This document shows positions 27,114 through 34,485 of a stretch of 36,671 nucleotides of DNA, piece by piece. The stretch is taken from the NCBI GenBank assembly GCA_964455755.1, contig CAYWAK010000004.1:1-36671 (forward strand). The letters are read 5' to 3'. A program made the translations under genes and the position numbers. Numbering within the stretch: the stretch's first letter is position 1; each line of letters starts with the position of its first letter. The notes below the pieces were generated by a model. The model was not told the DNA's origin. It did no database searches and was given only the letters and a program-made list of their open reading frames with translations. The stretch comes from an uncultured Ardenticatenales bacterium (lineage in GTDB: Bacteria > Chloroflexota > Anaerolineae > Ardenticatenales > JAADHH01).

Positions 27114-28127
27114 TCAATAAAGCTGCTTCACGCGCTGCCTGAGCTTTGCAAACCACCCCTTTTCGTAGGTAGCAATCTGGTCTTCCAATTCCCGAATGCG
27201 GGCATCCTTTTCCCGAATCGCTTTGAGGAGCTCGGCAGATCGTGCATCCTTTTCTGCGTAGAGCGCATAAATCCATTCGGACAAGGGTTTCCCGTCTGGT
27301 GTAGAATCTTTTCCAAACCGATACATGTCATTACAATCCTTACAAATCGTAAACCTGACCCCATGCTGCGAAATTCGCTCCCGCTTTTCCACTACATCGG
27401 TCAGGCGATCCGCAGTCAAATTGCCAAGCACCGCCTCTCCTCCCAAATCGTGACAGCAGGAAAGCACGTCCCCGTTCCAGGCGACGAAAAGCGTGCCGGC
27501 GAAGATATCGCAGCGACCAAAATTGACCGGCGACAGGGGAGTTTCGCAAACCAGGGGATTGTTGAAGTGCCCGCCCCGATTGTGACACTGTGAAAAGAGG
27601 ATTTCGTGGATACCAAGGTCTTCCAGGTACGTACGGAGCGCGGCCAAATGGGACTCCGTTTGGCGCGTAACGCTTACGTTCGCCGAAACCTTGGCCCTTC
27701 CCTCCGCCATCTGAACAAAACCCCGGATGTTGCCGGCGGCTCTCTCCAGAGAAAGCCCTCCCATCATCTGTGAATACAACTCTTCGTGATGTCCGTTAAA
27801 GCTGATGATAATGGTTTCCAGGCCGGCGTCCAGCAGCTTCTCTGCGCGCCTCGGCGACAAGGTGGAAGCATTCGTCGTCAGCACGGTCGAGACCCGTCCG
27901 GACAAATAGGCGATGAACCGCGGCAGGTCAGGATTCAAGGTAGGTTCGCCGATGCCAGAGAAACTCACAGCCTGCACCGTGTCGCACGCAAGCACACCGT
28001 CCGCGATTGGCCGGAAGACGTCCCAGGACATCTTGCCCAGGGGGCGCGTCAGCGATTCGCGGGGACAGTGCAGGCAATGTGTGTTGCAAAGGTTCGTAGC
28101 CTCGAATTCGACTATTTCCATTGCCAT
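27114..28127 (-). CDS. Radical SAM enzyme with truncated SPASM/twitch-like auxiliary motif and C-terminal coiled coil
   Basis: 337 aa. CNTHCLHC (CxxxCxxC) is at residues 14-21, followed by GIGEPTL. C-x12-G-x4-C (CDIFAGTLFVAWNGDVLSC) and CKDC follow. The tail is EKDARSAELLKAIREKDARIRELEDQIATYEKGW. The start overlaps the wzt stop by 16 nt (10 nt if the second ATG is used). The stop lies 4 nt before the wzm ATG. Confidence 0.85.
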   Translation of the reverse strand: MAMEIVEFEATNLCNTHCLHCPRESLTRPLGKMSWDVFRPIADGVLACDTVQAVSFSGIGEPTLNPDLPRFIAYLSGRVSTVLTTNASTLSPRRAEKLLDAGLETIIISFNGHHEELYSQMMGGLSLERAAGNIRGFVQMAEGRAKVSANVSVTRQTESHLAALRTYLEDLGIHEILFSQCHNRGGHFNNPLVCETPLSPVNFGRCDIFAGTLFVAWNGDVLSCCHDLGGEAVLGNLTADRLTDVVEKRERISQHGVRFTICKDCNDMYRFGKDSTPDGKPLSEWIYALYAEKDARSAELLKAIREKDARIRELEDQIATYEKGWFAKLRQRVKQLY

Positions 28128-29323
28128 TCGCCCGCCAACGAAACCATGCCGTATTTTTCGTCGACCGCGCGCACCCGAAAATGGTACAAGCGGTCATGAT
28201 AATCATAGATTATCGTATCCTCCCAATCTCGAATTGCGGCTGAAAGCTCGTAGCGGCCTTCCAGCAAAGAGAGCCGGCCAATCCGGTAACGTATGACCCC
28301 CTCATTCTCGAGGGCCGGCAATTCATGGCCGGCGAACTGGGTATTGGGCCCGGAAACGTGGGCACCATCGCTGCGGTGGACGGCCAGACCAAAAACGGGG
28401 CGTTCAATTCGGCGTGCGGCACGGAAGTGAATCTCGACGACCAGGGGATCCCCGGTACGGAATACCTGCTTGTCCTGGCCGTGATCATCCAACAGGCGTA
28501 CGTCTGTGATTTTGGCCTCGCCGCTGCCCCAGCGCCGAAGCTCGCCTTCCTCCTCGTTCGGCGTTAGCGTCCCCTCTTCTTTCTGCCAGGTGCGGTCGAG
28601 GTAGCGGGCAACGACCGCTGTTGATGATCCGTCGGCAACCACCGTGCCTCCGTCCAACCAAATTACCCGCGAACACACCGATTGCACCATGTCCGCGCTG
28701 TGGGAGACGAAAAAGATCGTCACGCCCCGGTCATGCAATTGATCAATGCGGTCAAAGCACTTGCGCTGAAACGAATTGTCCCCCACCGCCAGCACTTCGT
28801 CCACAATCAGGATGTCCGGGTTCACCATCGTGGCGATGGAAAAGCCAAGGCGCACTTGCATACCCGACGAGTAGTGCTTCACGGGCATGTCTATGAAGCT
28901 GCCGATGTCCGCAAAGTCTACGATTTCGTCGAAGCGCCGGCGGATTTCCGGACGCGGAACGCCCAGCACCGAGGCGTTGAGAAAGATGTTTTCACGGCCG
29001 GTCAAGTCGGCGTGAAAGCCGGCGCCAAGTTCGAGCAGGGCCGACAAGCGTCCGTGAACTTCCACATGGCCCACCGTCGGTTTCAGGATGCGCGTGGCCA
29101 GTTTGAGCAGCGTACTCTTGCCTGCCCCGTTCGGACCAATGATACCTATCGATTCCCCCTGCTCCACCTGGAAGCTGATGTTGCGCAAGGCCCAAAACTC
29201 TTCCCGGCTACCACTCTCTCGTTGAAAAAGGTTGATTACGGTCTCCTGGAAAGAGCGGGGACGATCATGATGCAGTATGAATTTTTTGGAGACACCATCA
29301 AATCGAATAGCTACGCTCAACAC
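28112..29323 (-). CDS. wzt: ABC polysaccharide exporter ATPase with ~150 aa C-terminal extension (Wzt_C-like glycan-binding domain, inferred)
   Basis: 403 aa. Walker A GPNGAGKSTL, signature YSSGMQVRL and Walker B ILIVDEVLAVGD are present. Residues ~255-403 extend beyond the NBD (KITDVRLLD...VVEIHFRA...GRYELSAAI), as in cap-recognising Wzt proteins. GTG start. Confidence 0.9.
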   Translation of the reverse strand: MLSVAIRFDGVSKKFILHHDRPRSFQETVINLFQRESGSREEFWALRNISFQVEQGESIGIIGPNGAGKSTLLKLATRILKPTVGHVEVHGRLSALLELGAGFHADLTGRENIFLNASVLGVPRPEIRRRFDEIVDFADIGSFIDMPVKHYSSGMQVRLGFSIATMVNPDILIVDEVLAVGDNSFQRKCFDRIDQLHDRGVTIFFVSHSADMVQSVCSRVIWLDGGTVVADGSSTAVVARYLDRTWQKEEGTLTPNEEEGELRRWGSGEAKITDVRLLDDHGQDKQVFRTGDPLVVEIHFRAARRIERPVFGLAVHRSDGAHVSGPNTQFAGHELPALENEGVIRYRIGRLSLLEGRYELSAAIRDWEDTIIYDYHDRLYHFRVRAVDEKYGMVSLAGEWQWK

Positions 29324-29361
29324 TCCTGCCCTTTTCCGGTATTTGACGATCAGCTCGCCGT

Positions 29362-29390
29362 ATTATATCGCAACTGACCAGCCTGGGCAA
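29362..29390 (-). promoter_or_regulatory. Sigma-70-like promoter TTGCCC-N17-TATAAT upstream of wzt
   Basis: Minus strand: TTGCCC (29385-29390), 17 nt spacer, TATAAT (29362-29367). It lies ~40 nt upstream of the wzt GTG. Confidence 0.4.
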
Positions 29391-29423
29391 ATACTTGTTT
29401 CTTGCAGGATTCGCAATGTGCCT

Positions 29424-29456
29424 AGAAGTTCAACTTCTCGGGGAGGTTGAACTTCT
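29424..29456. promoter_or_regulatory. Three copies of half-site AGAAGTT/AACTTCT (15-bp perfect palindrome plus a third copy); candidate operator/activator site
   Basis: AGAAGTTCAACTTCT at 29424-29438 is a perfect 7-1-7 palindrome. GTTGAACTTCT at 29446-29456 repeats the half-site and can also pair with 29424-29434. It is centred ~40-65 nt upstream of the -35 box of the wzt promoter. Confidence 0.3.
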
Positions 29457-29639
29457 TGACTAACGGAACGTACTTGATGGACTTTGAGGAAGGCGCATGT
29501 AGGCTTAGGGGTGAAACGAGGCAATTGCTAAACTCCGGGGCAGCCTTACCCCTAGATATAGTGGCTAATAGCCGGTGAAACACAAGATATAGAGGGAAAA
29601 TGTCTGTCCAGACGCGGCTGAGGCCTCTTCACCTCGAAA

Positions 29640-29704
29640 CCCACATGGGCCTTGAGGAATTACGCAGAGCACTGTGCCCGAGAGCCTGATCACGCCCATG
29701 TGGG
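29640..29704 (-). terminator. Long-range 11-bp perfect stem immediately after the sortase stop
   Basis: CCCACATGGGC (29640-29650) pairs with GCCCATGTGGG (29694-29704) around a 43 nt loop. On the minus strand it starts 3 nt after the TAG and is followed by TTTCGAGG. Confidence 0.3.
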
Positions 29705-29707
29705 GAG

Positions 29708-30490
29708 CTACTTGTTTGCCGCCAGTTGACCACTGTCCAGGAGTTTGGCCACCACAATGACACGGTGGGTGTTGTTTGTGTAGGGCCAGCAGGTCACTAA
29801 CGTCAGACGCGCATCATTTGTAGGCCCGATCCAACGCACGTTTTGCGCTTGTTGTGCCGGGGAGACCCCCTTCTCCGGCACGATGAGGCGCAGGGAAACG
29901 ACATACACGTACGGGACACCATCGGCATACAAGGTTATGCGATCCCCCGGCTTGAGGTCTACCACGTAGCGGAAAACTTCCCCGGCGATATTGTGGTGTC
30001 CGGAGAGCACAACGTTCCCTCGCTGTCCGGGGTACGCGCTGTTCTGGTGCCAGCCGGCCGCATAGTCGGCCACGTCCCACACGCTTACCGTCTGGCCATT
30101 TTGCTGCTCCTCGTGCCAGCCGATGGGCGTCACCGGGGCGTCCAGGCCAATGGCGGGGGCTGTAATACGCGACGGGGGTGACTGGGCCGCAAGGGGCGGT
30201 GCCGTTGTCGGTGTGGGCCGGGGAGTTGCCGTCGGGCTTGGCAACGCGACCGTCGCTCGCGGCTTCTGCGCGCCGGCATCCACCGCCGCACCTGTTGTCG
30301 CAACCTGCTTCTGCGGAAGAGCACGACCGGCCGGCTGCTTCCGGCTCACGACGACCTGACAACCGGCCAGCCCGCCGGCGGCCAGCACACTCAGTGCCAG
30401 CATGGCAACGGGCGCCATTCGCCGGCAAAGCTTCGCCAAACCGAAGGTATTAGACCAGTGCTGGCGTGCGGGCCTGGGAAGAAAAGTCAT
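29708..30490 (-). CDS. Sortase-family transpeptidase with TM anchor and Pro/Thr-rich linker
   Basis: Catalytic motifs VVLSGHHN (His) and LTLVTCWPY (TLxTC Cys) are present, then R in THRVIVVA. There is an N-terminal anchor MAPVAMLALSVLAAGGLAGC and a linker PSPTATPRPTPTTAPP. The start is ambiguous: TTG 30499, ATG 30490 or ATG 30418. The first two overlap the upstream gene. Confidence 0.8.
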   Translation of the reverse strand: MTFLPRPARQHWSNTFGLAKLCRRMAPVAMLALSVLAAGGLAGCQVVVSRKQPAGRALPQKQVATTGAAVDAGAQKPRATVALPSPTATPRPTPTTAPPLAAQSPPSRITAPAIGLDAPVTPIGWHEEQQNGQTVSVWDVADYAAGWHQNSAYPGQRGNVVLSGHHNIAGEVFRYVVDLKPGDRITLYADGVPYVYVVSLRLIVPEKGVSPAQQAQNVRWIGPTNDARLTLVTCWPYTNNTHRVIVVAKLLDSGQLAANK

Positions 30491-32057
30491 TATTGGCAAA
30501 CCCTGTTCCTAATCGATCAAGTTGGCGCGCTTCGTCTCGTTCCCTCCACCGCAAATAACTATGCAGGGCCTTCACAACTTCCCGGTCCCACTGGCTCCCC
30601 GCGCCTTCGCGGAGCGTGGTCAGGGCCTTGCCAACAGACATTGCATCCCGATAGGCTCGCCTCGCGGTCATAGCCTCGAATCCGTCAGCAACGGCCAATA
30701 TTCGCACGAAGAAAGGGACTTCATCTCCTTGCAACCCGTCGGGATAGCCCGTACCATCCATACGCTCATGGTGATGCAGAACCATGTCCTCGATCTCGTC
30801 CGACCCCGGCACCTTGTGCAATATCTCAGCACCGATGACCGTGTGTTGTCGCATCGTGACCCACTCCTCCTGTGTCAAGAGACCGGGTTTTAGCAGAATC
30901 TGGTCTGGGATACCAATCTTACCGATGTCGTGGAGCAAGCCCCCTTTGTGTAGCAGCGCCGATTCGCTTTTGCTCAAGCCCAGATGCTGTGCAATGGCTA
31001 CGGAATATCGAGCAACCCGGCGGGAGTGTCCAGACGTGTAACTGTCTCTTGCCTCCACAGCATTGGCCAATGCCGACACGGTTCCCAGGTATTGTTGTTC
31101 CAGGTTCTGGTAAAGTGCCGTGCTTTCCAGTGCCGCTGAGATTTGGCCGGTTAGGAGCGTAAAGACTTGGGTGTCCCGTTCACTGTACGCCCCTACCCTT
31201 GCAGCATAGACCACCAGCGCACCTTGCGGCTCCTTGTGCAAAAGCAGGGGAGCGGCCAACAGGGAACGGAAGCCGAGCGATTGCCATTCCGCCGGCAAGG
31301 CCAACGCGTCCTCGGTACGCACATCGTCTACGCAAAAGGGTAACCCCTGTTCAGTGGCGCGCATGGCGACCGGTGCATTATCAAGGAAGGTAGCAGTACC
31401 GGCAACGGGTTCAGGAATCCCGGCGGTGGCCTGCACAGATAGCACGTGGTCGTTTTCTTTCCGCAACCAGATCGCACAGGCTGCGGAATTCATAATTTCT
31501 CGTGCCCGATTTGCCGTAAAGCGGAGCATGGAACCAGGGTCGGGAAGGGTGATCAACTGGCGTCCAACGTCAACCAGCTTTGCCAGAGTCAAGAATTCCA
31601 TGTGCGCACTTAACAATTCACGATTTGTCGTCTCGATCTCTGCCATGGCCTGTTCCAGGCTCCGTAGCAGTTCTCGATTCCGAAGCTCGGCGCGGCGCTT
31701 GTCCAGGGCGCGAGCAACAGTTGACACAACCAGGGACAAAGATTCGAAAGGCTTGCGCAAATAAGCGAAAGCCCCTTCGTTCAATCCTTCGATTGCAGAT
31801 TCGGTGGAGGCATGGCCGGTAATGAGGATTACTTCAATGAAGGGGTCAACCAGCTTTACCTTGTGTAATACATCGATTCCGCTCATCCCGGGCATGCGGA
31901 TATCGGTGATTACAACGTCCGGGGCATGTTGCTGTACCATGGCCAGGGCATCCTTGGGGTTTGTGACAGGAAACATATCCCAGCCCTGTTGGTTCAACAG
32001 GCGGCCCATCACAGCGAGTACTTCAGGCTCGTCATCCAAGATGATAATTGCGGGCAT
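30450..32057 (-). CDS. Response regulator REC-GAF-HD-GYP (c-di-GMP phosphodiesterase type)
   Basis: REC: IIILDDEPE...DVVITDIRMPGMSG...LRKP. A coiled-coil linker and a GAF-like middle region follow. HD-GYP: HSRRVA...LLHDIGKIGIP...HHHERMDGTGYPDGL. The ATG at 32057 has GAGGGA 6 nt upstream. The track start at 32102 is an upstream extension. Confidence 0.85.
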   Translation of the reverse strand: MPAIIILDDEPEVLAVMGRLLNQQGWDMFPVTNPKDALAMVQQHAPDVVITDIRMPGMSGIDVLHKVKLVDPFIEVILITGHASTESAIEGLNEGAFAYLRKPFESLSLVVSTVARALDKRRAELRNRELLRSLEQAMAEIETTNRELLSAHMEFLTLAKLVDVGRQLITLPDPGSMLRFTANRAREIMNSAACAIWLRKENDHVLSVQATAGIPEPVAGTATFLDNAPVAMRATEQGLPFCVDDVRTEDALALPAEWQSLGFRSLLAAPLLLHKEPQGALVVYAARVGAYSERDTQVFTLLTGQISAALESTALYQNLEQQYLGTVSALANAVEARDSYTSGHSRRVARYSVAIAQHLGLSKSESALLHKGGLLHDIGKIGIPDQILLKPGLLTQEEWVTMRQHTVIGAEILHKVPGSDEIEDMVLHHHERMDGTGYPDGLQGDEVPFFVRILAVADGFEAMTARRAYRDAMSVGKALTTLREGAGSQWDREVVKALHSYLRWRERDEARQLDRLGTGFANNDFSSQARTPALV

Positions 32058-32100
32058 GCACATTCCCTCGCATTTCAGCAAGCCATGAGTCTGAAACAGC

Positions 32101-32121
32101 AAAAAACCACCGCACCGGTTG
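32101..32121 (-). terminator. Intrinsic terminator after flaG
   Basis: Minus strand: CAACCGGTGCGGTGG (6-bp stem, one mismatch) followed by TTTTTT. It is preceded by a 7-bp hairpin CAGAGGC-N5-GCCTCTG at 32137-32155. Confidence 0.45.
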
Positions 32122-32182
32122 AAGCATCCAGAACGGCAGAGGCAATGAGCCTCTGTGATTCATGTAGAATCTACCCTTTCCT

Positions 32183-32548
32183 CTACATCTTCCATTCAAG
32201 CAAAAGGCCACGGTAGAGGTTTTGATCGGAGATCAGGCGTGACAATTCATCAGGCGGAATTGAGCGTATGGTTTTGCCCGATTGCGCATCTATGATCCGC
32301 ACGGAGATCTTGTGAGAATCACGATCCACCTCAAATTGTGCGTATGTGTAAGAGATAGCCGCCTGCTTTCCAGTTTCCCCGGGGGTCGAGGTTGCATTAC
32401 CCCCATCTTCCGGTACTTTATAGGCAGGTTTCAACTCTGCACGTTGCGCCTGTGCTTCCGAAAAACGCCGTGCCGCATCCATGGCCACCATAGCTTGTGT
32501 GCGCTCCGGTTGAACAGCTCCTTGTATTTTATCTACCTTGTCTACCAT
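32183..32548 (-). CDS. flaG: FlaG-family flagellar protein
   Basis: 121 aa. The C-terminal FEVDRDSHKISVRIIDAQSGKTIRSIPPDELSRL matches the FlaG pattern. GGAGG lies 7 nt upstream of the ATG. It sits next to fliD. Confidence 0.8.
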   Translation of the reverse strand: MVDKVDKIQGAVQPERTQAMVAMDAARRFSEAQAQRAELKPAYKVPEDGGNATSTPGETGKQAAISYTYAQFEVDRDSHKISVRIIDAQSGKTIRSIPPDELSRLISDQNLYRGLLLEWKM

Positions 32549-32654
32549 CTTCGTGCCTCCAATATCTTATCGCCAGGTTGCGGTTGTGAAAACAGTACCT
32601 GGATGCCAGTAATCAGTAACTGGCGGGCGCAGGCTCCCTGGCTCCCTCCCTACA

Positions 32655-34427
32655 TCAACCGAAAACGTTCATAATGCCGGACATGCCACTCATCGTCTTT
32701 TGGCCTTCGTACATCAACTGGGCCATCTGCACCTGCAACGCGCCATACTGCTTCACTAACAGGCTCCGTCGACGGGCCAAAGTGGCATTCATGCTCTCGA
32801 TTCGATCGGCGGTCGCATCTATTTGACTCTGGATGTTCGTTTCAGTCGTATCAATGATGCCATCGGTCTGCGTGTAGGGCGTGATTCGCGCAATCATGTC
32901 CGAAGTAATCTGATCGAATAAGCCCGACACGTTCTGAAAGTCGTTGGTCAGCGCTGTATCAAGCGCCGTACTGTCCGACACAGTCGCCTGCAGGTTTCCG
33001 TCCAGGGTGATGCCGATCTCTTGCAATCTGTCTGCCGATGTCGCCGGCAGGCCGCTGACCGCTTCTTGAAATATGCCGTACAAATCGAAGCGCATGCTGC
33101 TCAGCCCGGTATCTCCCGCCAACCCGCCGCGTGTATATGTGGTACCGGAGAGCGTAGTACCTGTTTTGTCTTTCAGAAAACCGGTCATTGCATTGAATTT
33201 GGAAATGAAATCATTGATCTTGGTCTTCACGGCGTTGTTATCGGCTTTGACTTGCAGGGTGGCGCTTTCTCCCTGCTTCAGAAGATTCAGGGTAACGCCC
33301 GAAGTGACATCGGTCAGCCCGGTGTTGGACTGGCGAGTCACCGACACATTGTTCACCGTGAAGCTGGCGTTCGCAGCGGCCTGGTCGTTCCCGGAACCGC
33401 CATTGGCATGCAATATCCGCGTCGTCGTGTCGGTCGTGTCAAAGCCCAAACTATTAAGGATACCGTTCGTATCTTCGAAGCGGACTTGGTGCAGTGTGCC
33501 GGTACTGCTTGATTCCAATACCAGATAGCGGTCTATGACCGAAGCCGTCACACCGTTTCCACTTGCATAGGTGCCCGAGTTGATCGCATCGGCAATGTCT
33601 TGCAGGCTTTGCGTGCTGGTGACGGCGATGCTGGCACCCTGCGGCATGAAATCCACGCTGGCCGCGCCGCTCCCCTTGGTGCCGGCGGTGTAGCTGCCGG
33701 ACGCTGCAATGGTAAAGGTCAAGCCCCGGCCAGTGTCCACAGTCTGACCGGCGTCCACCATGTCTTGCCAGTCACTGGTCATGGTCGTACCGCTATCATA
33801 GATGTCGTCTATGCTAACAGCGTTTCCCTGGCTGTCTACCATCCGGAATTCCCAGTCCGTGCTGTCCGAAGGATTCTGGCGCACTTCCACACTGTAGGTG
33901 TCGGCGCCCAGCTCCGTCTCTCCTGTGAAGGGCGCAGCGGTGCCAAAGCCGGTGATCGTATTGGCTACCGTCGAGGCATTCGATGTAGCCCGGCTGGCGG
34001 CCCCGCCCACGTAGATTGTGCCGGAAAGGCCGAGAGCCTGGTCACTGTACGACTGCTGGCTCGATCTCACCTGGTGGGACTGGGCCAATGTTGTGATGCT
34101 AATGTCATAATTGGCGACCGCTGCGCTGGTCGAAGCTGTTGCAGAGAAAACGTCGGCGGTAGTGATACTGGGATTGGTCACGGCCGTTGTTTTGGCCCCA
34201 AAAATCGAGCTGTTGGCTGTGGAGCTGGCCGATTCGTCCAAGCTCTCCAACGACGATTTCAACGCATCGAACTTCGTCCCCAAATCGGTGTACAACCCCT
34301 TCTGCGTTATCAGAGTCGTTTTCTGCTGTTTTACCCGCGTCAATGGCCTGCTCTCTTGCGCCATCACCGCATTGATCAGATTCGTGAAATATGCACTTGT
34401 GTTGCTGGGAATTCCTGGGATGGACAT
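32655..34427 (-). CDS. fliD: Flagellar filament cap protein (hook-associated protein 2)
   Basis: 590 aa. The N-terminus is LINAVMAQESRPLTRVKQQKTTLITQKGLYTDLGTKFDALKSSL. The C-terminus is RRRSLLVKQYGALQVQMAQL. These are typical FliD N- and C-terminal helices. Confidence 0.9.
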   Translation of the reverse strand: MSIPGIPSNTSAYFTNLINAVMAQESRPLTRVKQQKTTLITQKGLYTDLGTKFDALKSSLESLDESASSTANSSIFGAKTTAVTNPSITTADVFSATASTSAAVANYDISITTLAQSHQVRSSQQSYSDQALGLSGTIYVGGAASRATSNASTVANTITGFGTAAPFTGETELGADTYSVEVRQNPSDSTDWEFRMVDSQGNAVSIDDIYDSGTTMTSDWQDMVDAGQTVDTGRGLTFTIAASGSYTAGTKGSGAASVDFMPQGASIAVTSTQSLQDIADAINSGTYASGNGVTASVIDRYLVLESSSTGTLHQVRFEDTNGILNSLGFDTTDTTTRILHANGGSGNDQAAANASFTVNNVSVTRQSNTGLTDVTSGVTLNLLKQGESATLQVKADNNAVKTKINDFISKFNAMTGFLKDKTGTTLSGTTYTRGGLAGDTGLSSMRFDLYGIFQEAVSGLPATSADRLQEIGITLDGNLQATVSDSTALDTALTNDFQNVSGLFDQITSDMIARITPYTQTDGIIDTTETNIQSQIDATADRIESMNATLARRRSLLVKQYGALQVQMAQLMYEGQKTMSGMSGIMNVFG

Positions 34428-34485
34428 TATATCCCCTCACGGTTTTTGATTTCGGATTTGCAATCCCAAATGTTGGAATCGCTAC

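Noticed and set aside
27114-28127. Radical SAM/SPASM-like gene as a RiPP maturase
   Set aside because: There is no adjacent short precursor ORF, protease or RiPP-type exporter. The gene is overlap-coupled to wzt and wzm inside a glycan locus. A carbohydrate-related role is more parsimonious, though unproven.
9387-29323. Whole locus as a classical flagellin glycosylation island
   Set aside because: A Wzm/Wzt exporter, GT-C-like membrane enzymes and secreted hydrolases indicate an exported polymer. Flagellin glycosylation is cytoplasmic. I kept only the weaker idea that some soluble GTs might also act on FliC.
29343-29367. Plus-strand TTGACG ... TATTAT promoter-like hexamers
   Set aside because: The spacer is only 12-15 nt and no plus-strand gene lies downstream. 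The minus-strand TTGCCC-N17-TATAAT at the same place fits much better.
29600-29689. 29-codon plus-strand ORF (MSVQTRLRPLHLETHMGLEELRRALCPRA) with GAGGG 3 nt upstream
   Set aside because: The SD spacing is too short. It is on the opposite strand to every other gene, overlaps the hairpin element, and has no recognisable peptide features.
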